Part shown: positions 37,844 to 46,132 of the stretch, piece after piece | How positions within the stretch are numbered: the stretch's first letter is position 1 | Layout: every line of letters begins with the position of its first letter | Assembly: GCA_041737255.1 (NCBI GenBank) | Contig: JBGSSB010000042.1 | Span: 32,129-96,128, forward strand | Direction of reading: 5' to 3' | Length of the DNA: 64,000 nt | From: Chlamydiales bacterium | Lineage (GTDB): Bacteria > Chlamydiota > Chlamydiia > Chlamydiales > FEN-1388 | The notes under the pieces: generated by a model | Databases searched by the model: none | Told to the model about the DNA's origin: nothing | What the model saw: only the letters and a program-made list of their open reading frames with translations | Made by a program: the position numbers and the translations under genes

Positions 37844-38995
37844 ATGAAAATACAAACCAATACGTTTATACATGACCTCACACGGCGCATTAACGATGCG
37901 CCGCAAAATTTTGTCTTTGCTGCTTTTAGCGCACCAAACGACAAAACATCTGATATCAAGCGCGTGCGGATGCGCCCTATCATGATTCGAGGGTCTTTGC
38001 ACTACCAAATATGCTCTTTTACTAAAACTCAATCATTCAGCGTAAATGTTGCTGTTAACGAACTCTCATCTGAGTTTAGCAAAGCATTTTCTCGGTTTTC
38101 ACAGGCTCTTGTACACTTTGTCAACGACGAAATTCATGCACACATCGAGCAAGAAAAATCCTCCTACAAAGTTACAACACATAAAAAAGTCTACCTTCAA
38201 GACCTCTCTCACAACAGACCTAAAAACTACCAGCTACCAGAAAAAGAGCCCTCCGATCTACTAATAGCACTTGGCATACAGTCCAAAGAGGGGAGGGTAA
38301 TGCGCGATAAGTTTGATAAGTTTAAGCAGATTAACCGCTTTTTAGAGCTTATCAACGATATCCGACCTGAAATGAACGAATCGCCTCATATTGTAGACTT
38401 TGGCTGCGGCAAGGCCTACCTTACGTTTGCTATATACACCATGTTGCAAGATGCTACCATTGTGGGCATCGACGCCAGAAAAGATGTTATCGACAAATGC
38501 CAAGCCTTAAAAGAGACGCTTGATGCCACAAATTTACATTTTAAGCAGATGCGGATTGAAGAATACTCCCAAGATGCACCGGTAGATTTAGTCCTTGCGC
38601 TGCACGCATGTGATACAGCCACAGATGCAGCCCTTGCTAAGGCAATAAAGCTTAAGTCCCAGGTTATCCTTGTGGCCCCTTGCTGCCAGCACGAGGTGGC
38701 AGGGCAAATAAAAAAAGATGCTATGCCACTTCTTTTAGCTCACGGACTATTAAAAGAGCGCCTCTCAGCACTTATTACCGACGCGCTCAGAGCCGAAATC
38801 TTAAACCAGCTTGGCTATATGGTAGACCTTGTAGAATTTATCGACCCCGAGCATACCCCAAAAAATCTGCTTATCCGCGCAACGCGCAAAAAAAACCCTC
38901 CAGCTGCAGACTGGACGGCTTATAAAGAGCTTACAAAATCTCTTGGTGTATCTATCACACTAGAAAAGCTGCTGGGGTTAGGCGAGCCCAATTAA
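37844..38995 (+). CDS. SAM-dependent methyltransferase (Methyltransf_32-like)
   Basis: 383 aa. Motif I VDFGCGKAYLT, followed by LALHACDTATD. Confidence 0.7.
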   Translation: MKIQTNTFIHDLTRRINDAPQNFVFAAFSAPNDKTSDIKRVRMRPIMIRGSLHYQICSFTKTQSFSVNVAVNELSSEFSKAFSRFSQALVHFVNDEIHAHIEQEKSSYKVTTHKKVYLQDLSHNRPKNYQLPEKEPSDLLIALGIQSKEGRVMRDKFDKFKQINRFLELINDIRPEMNESPHIVDFGCGKAYLTFAIYTMLQDATIVGIDARKDVIDKCQALKETLDATNLHFKQMRIEEYSQDAPVDLVLALHACDTATDAALAKAIKLKSQVILVAPCCQHEVAGQIKKDAMPLLLAHGLLKERLSALITDALRAEILNQLGYMVDLVEFIDPEHTPKNLLIRATRKKNPPAADWTAYKELTKSLGVSITLEKLLGLGEPN

Positions 38996-39577
38996 AAAGG
39001 CTGCATAGCCAACAAGGCAAAGGTAGCCATTGTCAGCAACTGAACCAAGCGATACTAACGCAAGTGAAAAAACGGTAAAAGAGCTTGTATCTGGGCTTTG
39101 GATAAAGCCCACCTGAAATGCTGCAAAAATAAGCACAAGAGGGTTGATTTTACGAAATACCCCAGAGAACTCCTCATAAAAGGGAGCTTCAGGAATCCAT
39201 TTTTTTATCCCCTCAAAGCATGACATAATATATGCCGCAGTCTTAATGACTGTACCGGAGGCAATTTTATAGCTTTTCAACGAGTCTGTAAGCCATAGGC
39301 GCTCATTAAACAAAAGTAAGATTGACAAGGCTAGTATACAAAAGCAAAGAGGCAGTGCGATCCACAAGCTTGAAAAGATAAAGAGGGGCAATGTGAGTAA
39401 AAATGCTAAAAATGCACATAAAGAAGCGCTATAAAGTTGGCATATTTCAAAAACTGTAACGGTTTCATAGCGGTTGGCATAGACCACAAGCTCTTCTGTT
39501 CTTTCTAAAAAGGTTAGTCGTTTCATTTTGTCCTCGGTGTAGTATTCCATACCTTGGCAATTTTTCGAATTTTCCAC
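38978..39577 (-). CDS. Polytopic membrane protein (possibly ExoD-like)
   Basis: 199 aa with several hydrophobic helices (LCAFLAFLLTLPLFIFSSLWIALPLCFCILALSILLLF). The ExoD assignment is only a by-eye impression. Confidence 0.45.
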   Translation of the reverse strand: MENSKNCQGMEYYTEDKMKRLTFLERTEELVVYANRYETVTVFEICQLYSASLCAFLAFLLTLPLFIFSSLWIALPLCFCILALSILLLFNERLWLTDSLKSYKIASGTVIKTAAYIMSCFEGIKKWIPEAPFYEEFSGVFRKINPLVLIFAAFQVGFIQSPDTSSFTVFSLALVSLGSVADNGYLCLVGYAAFLIGLA

Positions 39578-39650
39578 AAATAAAAAAGCTATTCTAACAA
39601 TTAAAATATTTTGATATAATAATCAATAGACATAAAAGCAGGTACTATCG

Positions 39651-41417
39651 ATGATTCCGGAGAAAACTTCACAAATGCAAACGGAAGAAGCGCTTGATCT
39701 TTTTCGGGCTCGAGAAGTCTTTCGAAGCGATCAAAAACTGAACGGACGCAAAGTTGAACCTAGAGTTTTACTAACTCTTGTGGGCAAAGGTCAAAATAGA
39801 CACCTTGAGGCTCGAGAAGACACCGTCTTTGAGCGTGTCAAAACACTTTTTTTTAGAAAAGATTATAAGCTGGAAGAAATTCAGACATTTCTTGAGCCAT
39901 CTACACATAGTGCTAAAGAAATCATCGCCTCTAAAATCACGAACCGTGATCACAACCCCAAAAAAAATATAATACAACGGATTTTCGAAGCAATAATTGC
40001 GCGTGGCGAAAAAAATGAATCTACCCCACAAAAGCCCACTAACACACAATCCAAGTCTGAAATAGTCCCACCAAAAGAAGACGCTGACGAAGTAACAACT
40101 CTTATTGAAATGCTTACGAATATTAAAATTTCAAACCGCGAAGAGCTTGTGCCCTATCAAGCACAACTTGAACAACTCGAAAAACAATACCCGAAACGAT
40201 CTGAAGACATACAAGTAGCAAAGCAAATCGTAACTGAAATTGCACACTCGCTACAAAATGTTCAAGTAGACGCACCACCAGCTAACGCTACATATGGAAT
40301 AGTTAATCCAGGACTCAATGCCTGCTTTTTAAATGCAACGCTTCAGGGTCTTGGCAGATCTCCAGTATTTCTTAACCTACTGCATGAGCGTCAAAAAGAG
40401 CTCACAACACTCCTCGAAGAAGTTTTTAAAAGAGAAGATCTTGCCCAAGATATAGACTATTTTGCAGATGACATATACGATCTCTCAAAACAAAATCTTG
40501 ATGATTCTGATGACTATCTCCAAGGCAACAGACTTAATGATGAAGGCAAACTCTTTGTCCAGCTCGTTATTGTAACCAAGCTCTGCGAAATTTATGAGCA
40601 GATACAATCAAACACTATTGATCTTGATACAATCCAAACCCTTCGTTCACTTATCATTGCCACTGGCTTTAGAGAACGGGACACAAGCCTCTATAGCCAA
40701 GAAGATGCGGGCATGCTTTGCATGCACCTTCTTGATAGCATTGGAATACAACCTTTCACCTATAAAATGAACATTGCCTACCCAGCAAGCTTTCCAATAC
40801 CCGCACTTGATAGACAGGGTGACGTAGCCAACATCTACCCTATTCAGCTAGCTAACGCCAAAGCAGGAGCCTCTATACAAGATCTTGTACGAGATACTAT
40901 AGTTGAGGAAGAGGTAGACAAAAAGGCGATAATAGATTCAAAACAAATACTTACACGCAAACAAAAAGAACAAATTAAAGCACTACCTAAAGAATCAACT
41001 ATCACAACCTTGCAGTCAATAGCCTTTCCTAAGGGAAAAGAGCCCAAAATGCTTCCTTTATGGCTGAAACGCTACACCGCTACTGGAGAAAAAATAACTA
41101 CGAAGATTACACCTTCATACTCTCTTGATTTCCCTTTGGCAGGAAAGAACGATCAGATGGCTCGTTACCGCCTTGTTGCTGTAGCCGTTCACGAAGGAAC
41201 AACGTTAAAAAAAGGCCATTTTTACACCTACGCACCTGTTGTTGACACACAAGACCAAGCCAGCTGGGTTTGCTACAACGACTCTAGCGTCACTGCTTCA
41301 CCTAATAAAACGTCATTTGACGCAGTAGCAGAAAAAGGCTACATCTACTACTACGAATTTGTAGAATACGTAAAAATAGGCACGCCTACACCTAACATTG
41401 ACTTAGCAAAAGATTAA
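39651..41417 (+). CDS. Eukaryotic-type ubiquitin-specific protease (USP/UCH family C19 deubiquitinase)
   Basis: 588 aa. Cys box GIVNPGLNACFLNATLQGL (Cys codon at 40323-40325). His box YRLVAVAVHEGTTLKKGHFYTYA, followed by WVCYNDSSV. Confidence 0.8.
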   Translation: MIPEKTSQMQTEEALDLFRAREVFRSDQKLNGRKVEPRVLLTLVGKGQNRHLEAREDTVFERVKTLFFRKDYKLEEIQTFLEPSTHSAKEIIASKITNRDHNPKKNIIQRIFEAIIARGEKNESTPQKPTNTQSKSEIVPPKEDADEVTTLIEMLTNIKISNREELVPYQAQLEQLEKQYPKRSEDIQVAKQIVTEIAHSLQNVQVDAPPANATYGIVNPGLNACFLNATLQGLGRSPVFLNLLHERQKELTTLLEEVFKREDLAQDIDYFADDIYDLSKQNLDDSDDYLQGNRLNDEGKLFVQLVIVTKLCEIYEQIQSNTIDLDTIQTLRSLIIATGFRERDTSLYSQEDAGMLCMHLLDSIGIQPFTYKMNIAYPASFPIPALDRQGDVANIYPIQLANAKAGASIQDLVRDTIVEEEVDKKAIIDSKQILTRKQKEQIKALPKESTITTLQSIAFPKGKEPKMLPLWLKRYTATGEKITTKITPSYSLDFPLAGKNDQMARYRLVAVAVHEGTTLKKGHFYTYAPVVDTQDQASWVCYNDSSVTASPNKTSFDAVAEKGYIYYYEFVEYVKIGTPTPNIDLAKD

Positions 41418-41422
41418 GAAAC

Positions 41423-41899
41423 CTAAAAGATAAATTGAAATTTCCCTCTCAGCCGCAATTGAGAGAAAAAATTTCTTCTCACAAATCCTTCAATTTTCAA
41501 TAGGGCTGTCTCTAGATCGTCCGAAGCATAGTCCTTGTCTTGGGGGGCTAGATTTTCAGAGTCAATATCAAACTTCAAAAAGGCAAACCCTTTTGTGGCT
41601 ATCCAGCATTCGACTTGGTCATTTTCAGGATAAGAAATTGGAATTAGATGATCAAATTTTCTGTGTAACTCATGAGGAAAAAAAAGCGCAAAGCCACCGG
41701 TATGTAAAAGTATTCGAACATTTTTATCTATTATACGATGCCCACGAAGTTCACCAAATTTTTTGCCTGTCCATGCTGCAACCTCATCAATAGACTCTGT
41801 TGTCTGGGCTTGTACTACCTGGGCTTGTACTGCATGGATTTCTGTTACCTGCAATACGGGCTGAAAAAATGAACCTAAAAATGTTACTGGAAAACTCAC
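41423..41899 (-). CDS. Hypothetical protein
   Basis: 158-aa ORF with no motif. Ends in ...GKFQFIF. Confidence 0.45.
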   Translation of the reverse strand: MSFPVTFLGSFFQPVLQVTEIHAVQAQVVQAQTTESIDEVAAWTGKKFGELRGHRIIDKNVRILLHTGGFALFFPHELHRKFDHLIPISYPENDQVECWIATKGFAFLKFDIDSENLAPQDKDYASDDLETALLKIEGFVRRNFFSQLRLRGKFQFIF

Positions 41900-41958
41900 A
41901 CAATCTCCTGATTATTTACGAATTTTCCAAAGATCATACCACAGCCTTAGGGTTTACC

Positions 41959-42603
41959 TTAAGAGCAAATACCACTGCAGGCAACATCCATAGCACTATA
42001 ACTGCCCGCAGAAACCACTGTTGCAAGGATATCCCCAATAAAAAAGGTGACAGTAGGTGCAGCCATAACAACTATGGCAGGTGCCATGCAAGCGACGATA
42101 AGTGATGCACCACTTAAAGGAGCTGTCATGACAAGCCCACACTTAAGAGCGTCTGCAACATATCCCATGGCGTAGTTACAAAAGTAGGCCTTGGCAAAAA
42201 AGCCCAGCGCAAAACTTGACACGCTAAATGCCATATCACGCCATAGGGGAGGGAACTTAGGATGATCTTCTCCTAATACCCTTGTGCGAAAAATATCCCG
42301 AATAGCCCTAGCTGTTTCTTTAATAGCAAATGTTGTCATATCGGCCATGAAGAGTGTAACTGGTATAGCAGTCATAGTGCCAAGCTGTGTGCCAACAACA
42401 GAGGCAAAAAAACCTCCAAGCTTTGGAAGGGCAATGTCAGTAATGGTCGCCTGCAAGCTAGTGCGCACATTACCAAGAGCATAGTAGAGGTAGGTATTTT
42501 TGATAGCAAAACTGACAGTTGAGTTTGTTATAACCCCAGCAACGTATGAAACAACCATTATAAGCATCCTTCGTAAAAAAGGTGATGCATACCACGACAG
42601 CAT
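41959..42603 (-). CDS. Hypothetical polytopic membrane protein
   Basis: 214 aa with multiple hydrophobic segments. No family recognised. Confidence 0.5.
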   Translation of the reverse strand: MLSWYASPFLRRMLIMVVSYVAGVITNSTVSFAIKNTYLYYALGNVRTSLQATITDIALPKLGGFFASVVGTQLGTMTAIPVTLFMADMTTFAIKETARAIRDIFRTRVLGEDHPKFPPLWRDMAFSVSSFALGFFAKAYFCNYAMGYVADALKCGLVMTAPLSGASLIVACMAPAIVVMAAPTVTFFIGDILATVVSAGSYSAMDVACSGICS

Positions 42604-42666
42604 AAATCTTTCATTAAGATTTTTTGGCGGGGGTCAGAGCTGGCGTGAAACAAATGTTATTTAATT

Positions 42667-42756
42667 TTTACCGCAGAGAAAACAGCCGAGAACTCAGAGA
42701 AGAGCCCTGAGAGGTATTGTTTTCTCCGCGTTCTCGGCTGCTTTCTCCGCGGTAAA
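42667..42756. repeat. Imperfect 27-bp inverted repeat pair (palindromic element A)
   Basis: TTTACCGCAGAGAAAACAGCCGAGAAC (42667-42693) versus GTTCTCGGCTGCTTTCTCCGCGGTAAA (42730-42756). Two transition mismatches and a 36-nt spacer. Confidence 0.85.
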
Positions 42757-42787
42757 TAATATTTTCATGGCTATTTCGAAAATCTAG

Positions 42788-43040
42788 TCCTGTTTTCCCC
42801 GCGGTAGCGGGGGCAGTGGGTAGCCCCGCGTGAATTGGAAGGGCTGGGACCTGAAATGGAACGTGGGGTTGAAGCATATTATAACCATGGAGCTGTGGTA
42901 GCAGCGATACTTTAGTGTGTCGCTGCTACCGCAGCTCTTGTATTTTTCATCATACAACCCCACGTTCCACTACAGACCGACTGGCCTTTCATTGCACGCA
43001 GGGCTAATAAATCCTCCCGCTACCGCGGGGAAAACAAAAC
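42788..43040. repeat. Roughly 250-bp foldback palindrome (element B), centred near 42913
   Basis: Matched arm blocks: GTTTTCCCCGCGGTAGCGGG (42792-42811) with CCCGCTACCGCGGGGAAAAC (43016-43035); TGGAACGTGGGGTTG with CAACCCCACGTTCCA; GAGCTGTGGTAGCAGCGATAC with GTGTCGCTGCTACCGCAGCTC. Confidence 0.85.
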
Positions 43041-43061
43041 GGAATTTAGCAGAGGCACCAA

Positions 43062-43104
43062 GATTAACGGATTGACGGGTCTGACCCCCATGCGTGACCC
43101 CAAT
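43062..43104 (-). repeat. Solo REP-like end, orientation B
   Basis: GATTAACGGATTGACGGGTCTGACCCCcatgcgtGACCCCaatgcg. Same core as the RAYT ends about 27 kb away. Confidence 0.85.
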
Positions 43105-43109
43105 GCGAG

Positions 43110-43559
43110 TTAAGAGTTTTTCATCTGCTGGTAGTGATACTTTAATTTGTGGACAAAGCAAAATTCAATTGCAATTTCTTTTAATTGTTCGTGAAGAAAT
43201 TGTAACCACTGTTCCTCTATTTTAAAGCAATAAACCGCTGTTTTAAATCGACCAAATGCACCACTTCCACGAATAGCATGAATAAGTCGCTCTTGTATCT
43301 CATCATTATCAACTGTATAGCAAAAGTCTTCCATGATTTTGTATTTATTGATATCCCACTCATTAGGGAGTAAAATGAATTGAGAAGGATCTGGTTCTTG
43401 ATCAAATTGCTCATCGATATCTAAAAAATCTTCACCGGCCATCTGATAGGTGATCTTTCCATCTTCAAGATTGAGAAAGTGGTTGGACTCATTTGATGTC
43501 ATATCCAGGGCATCAATAAGATCGTTTAAATTAACTAAGGTCTGTCCAGATGCTTTCAT
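43110..43559 (-). CDS. UPF0158-like hypothetical protein
   Basis: 149 aa, acidic. IRGSGAFGRFKTAV resembles the conserved UPF0158 motif (recognised by eye). Confidence 0.5.
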   Translation of the reverse strand: MKASGQTLVNLNDLIDALDMTSNESNHFLNLEDGKITYQMAGEDFLDIDEQFDQEPDPSQFILLPNEWDINKYKIMEDFCYTVDNDEIQERLIHAIRGSGAFGRFKTAVYCFKIEEQWLQFLHEQLKEIAIEFCFVHKLKYHYQQMKNS

Positions 43560-43793
43560 AGTATACCACCCATCATGAAGCTCAGATTGTAAGAAAATAA
43601 CAATAATTCAGCAAGAAGACTGCCTAAATCTTCAGTAGGTGTGCGCGTAAACACCTCAACAATATTTTTAATCCTTGACAACTAGGAGCACATAGAAAAT
43701 GTATTTTAGATAGATTGATTTAATAAAATGCTGTAGTCTAGTTGTAAAAAACAAACCTAACTTGCGCGGCATCTATTACGCCGAAGGATTAAA

Positions 43794-44753
43794 ATGATTT
43801 ATAAGTCAGTTTTGCTAATCACATGTGTGAGTTTAGTTTCTGGTTGTGCAACAGTTGCAAAACAGTCACAAGCAGTAGAACCTCCAGTTTCACAGCAGCA
43901 GCAAATAGAGGCGCAGCAGCACGCCCAGTTGCCACAGATGAAAAAATACAAGCAAAAAATTGTAATTGGCCGTTTTACGAACGAAACCAATTATGGCAAG
44001 GTTTTACTCACTGATCAAAATTACGACCCCATCGGAAAGCAGGCCAGTGACATGTTATCTACCCGTTTGATACAGTCTGGTCGCTTTCTTGTTTTTGAGC
44101 GACCTGATTTAAATAAAATTGAAGCCGAACAAAAAATACTAAATCAAAATGATTTGGTTGGAGCTGACACAGTTATTTTAGGTTCAGTTACTGAATTTGG
44201 ACGTTCTGTAACAGGAAAAAAAGGCTTCCTATCCGACACCAAACTACAAACCGCCAAAGCTAAAGTTGAAATTCGACTTGTTGACACCAAAACTGGCTTG
44301 GCATTCTTTTCAACAACCGGTGCAGGCCAAGCTACAACAGAATCTGGGGACGTTTTAGGCTTTGGAAGCAGGGCGGCCTACGATGCCACACTTAATGACA
44401 AGGTTATTGCAGCTGCAATATCTGACTTAATTAACAATTTGATAGTGACACTTCAGAATCGCCCCTGGACAACCGATATATTAGAAATTCAAGCAAATCA
44501 GGTGTTTATTAGCGGCGGAAAAAGCCAAGGAATAAAAGAAGGCGATGTGCTTCAGATTTTAAAAAAAGTAAATTCAGTTAAAAGTCAGCAGTCAGGTTTT
44601 ATGATAGATTTACCACCTGAAAAGGTTGCCACGATCAAGATTATAAGTTTTTTTGGCAACAGCGAAACAAACGAAGGATCCGTCGCTGAGATTATAGATG
44701 GAACACTGGATGCACAAACTGTAGACAAATATATTGTAAAAGAGGTCGAGTAA
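43794..44753 (+). CDS. CsgG-family lipoprotein (curli-type secretion channel homolog) with a C-terminal extension
   Basis: 319 aa. Lipobox LVSGC. CsgG-like core (IVIGRFTNET..., LIQSGRFLVFERPDL..., ILGSVTEFG...) plus an extra C-terminal domain of about 80 aa. Confidence 0.75.
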   Translation: MIYKSVLLITCVSLVSGCATVAKQSQAVEPPVSQQQQIEAQQHAQLPQMKKYKQKIVIGRFTNETNYGKVLLTDQNYDPIGKQASDMLSTRLIQSGRFLVFERPDLNKIEAEQKILNQNDLVGADTVILGSVTEFGRSVTGKKGFLSDTKLQTAKAKVEIRLVDTKTGLAFFSTTGAGQATTESGDVLGFGSRAAYDATLNDKVIAAAISDLINNLIVTLQNRPWTTDILEIQANQVFISGGKSQGIKEGDVLQILKKVNSVKSQQSGFMIDLPPEKVATIKIISFFGNSETNEGSVAEIIDGTLDAQTVDKYIVKEVE

Positions 44754-44754
44754 A

Positions 44755-45069
44755 ATGATAAAAAATATTGTATTACTATTCAGCATGCTTTTACTTGTTT
44801 GTGGGTGCCGCTACCCAACAACGAATGTTTCTACAGGAGATTCTCGTCCAACGCTTAGTTTTAACAATGCCCCAAAAGGCTCATATGTTTGGGTAGATGG
44901 TATAAACATGGGCCATGCTGCTCAGTATAATGGCAACCCAAAAGTATTGATTGTTCAGCCAGGGACTCATGAAGTAAAGGTTACTCTAGAAAATATCCTG
45001 CTTACAAAACAGACGATATTTGTAGAGAGCCAAAATAAAGTGATCAACATACAATATCCAGAGCTCTAG
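44755..45069 (+). CDS. Small PEGA-like lipoprotein
   Basis: 104 aa. Lipobox LLVCGC. PEGA-like pattern APKGSYVWVDGINMG...LIVQPGTHEVKV. Starts 1 nt after the csgG-like stop. Confidence 0.6.
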   Translation: MIKNIVLLFSMLLLVCGCRYPTTNVSTGDSRPTLSFNNAPKGSYVWVDGINMGHAAQYNGNPKVLIVQPGTHEVKVTLENILLTKQTIFVESQNKVINIQYPEL

Positions 45070-45435
45070 ATGTACAAGATTTTTTTAAGCATCTCTATGT
45101 TACTGATTTTAGGTGGATGTACCCACCAAAAATATGCATGGAATGGATATGACGATAACCTCTATGCCTATTACCAGAACCCACAAAACAAACAACAATT
45201 CATTGAGCACCTACAGAAAACCATTGTTTTGGGGGAGCAAAAAAATAATCTTCCGCCAGGAATATATGCCGAATATGGTTATTTACTTTACGAAAACCAA
45301 AATTTTTCAGAGGCTATTGTCTACTTTAAAAAAGAAAGCGACCTATTCCCCGAATCTAAATTTTTCATGGCAAAAATGATTGACAACTCACAAAAAATGT
45401 TAGAAAGAAACCAACTGATGGTGCATTCGGAATGA
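45070..45435 (+). CDS. DUF4810-like lipoprotein
   Basis: 121 aa. Lipobox LILGGC. PPGIYAEYGYLLYENQNFSEAIVYFKKESDLFPES resembles the DUF4810 core. Starts immediately after the previous stop. Confidence 0.6.
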   Translation: MYKIFLSISMLLILGGCTHQKYAWNGYDDNLYAYYQNPQNKQQFIEHLQKTIVLGEQKNNLPPGIYAEYGYLLYENQNFSEAIVYFKKESDLFPESKFFMAKMIDNSQKMLERNQLMVHSE

Positions 45436-46088
45436 AAAGCAAAATAATTTCTGCGATTGCCCTCGTTTTTTTAACTTCAAGCTGTGCAACAGCACCTAAG
45501 AAAGATTACGATAATTTCTATACAGCAGCACCTCGTTCAATTTTAGTAGTCCCTGTAGTTAACCAAAGCATCAACGTTGAAGCCCCAGATTATTTTTTAT
45601 CCACAATTTCTGCTCCAATTGCTGAACAAGGGTATTATGTTTTCCCCGTGAATATGATCAAACGCGTACTTGAGGATAATGGCATATCTGATGCAGATTT
45701 GGTGCACAACTCGCCAGTAGAAAAACTTGCTTCATTATTTGGCGCAGACGCTGTTTTATATGTAAAAATTAAACGCTGGGATGCGCAATACCTTATTCTG
45801 TCAACTACTGTAACCGTTGAACTAGAGTATGAAATCAAAGATGGAAAGACTGGTGTTTTATTGTGGCAAGATTTTCGACATATACATTACACCCCCTCGA
45901 ACAATTCCGGGGATCCACTTGCTGCTTTAATTGCCAGTGCAATAACTGCCGCTATTCAAAAAGCAGCCCCGAATTATATGCCCCTAGCAAAACAAGCCAA
46001 CTATGAAGCCTTTACTTTTCCTGGCCCAGGAATTCCTCCAGGACCATATTGTGTAAAAGAGGAGAGTAAAGAGATAGCGATTCAATAA
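45432..46088 (+). CDS. DUF799 (GNA1162-like) lipoprotein
   Basis: 218 aa. Lipobox FLTSSC. SILVVPVVNQS...AEQGYYVFPV...FGADAVLYVKIKRWD is typical of DUF799. ATGA overlap with the upstream gene. Confidence 0.7.
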   Translation: MKSKIISAIALVFLTSSCATAPKKDYDNFYTAAPRSILVVPVVNQSINVEAPDYFLSTISAPIAEQGYYVFPVNMIKRVLEDNGISDADLVHNSPVEKLASLFGADAVLYVKIKRWDAQYLILSTTVTVELEYEIKDGKTGVLLWQDFRHIHYTPSNNSGDPLAALIASAITAAIQKAAPNYMPLAKQANYEAFTFPGPGIPPGPYCVKEESKEIAIQ

Positions 46089-46132
46089 GATAAATCAAGA
46101 ATGCACCAATGCATCGTTGCGCTAAACTTTAC

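Noticed and set aside
42792-43035. GTTTTCCCCGCGGTAGCGGGG resembles a type I-E CRISPR repeat (GxGTTCCCCGCGCCAGCGGGGATAAACCG).
   Set aside because: There are only two copies, in inverted orientation, forming the ends of a palindrome. There is no regular repeat-spacer periodicity and no cas genes in the window.
43675-43707. TTGACA upstream of the csgG-like operon, considered as a sigma-70-type -35 box.
   Set aside because: No acceptable -10 hexamer lies at 16-18 nt spacing; the best TATTTT is 21 nt away. I did not call promoters anywhere because none could be supported from sequence alone.
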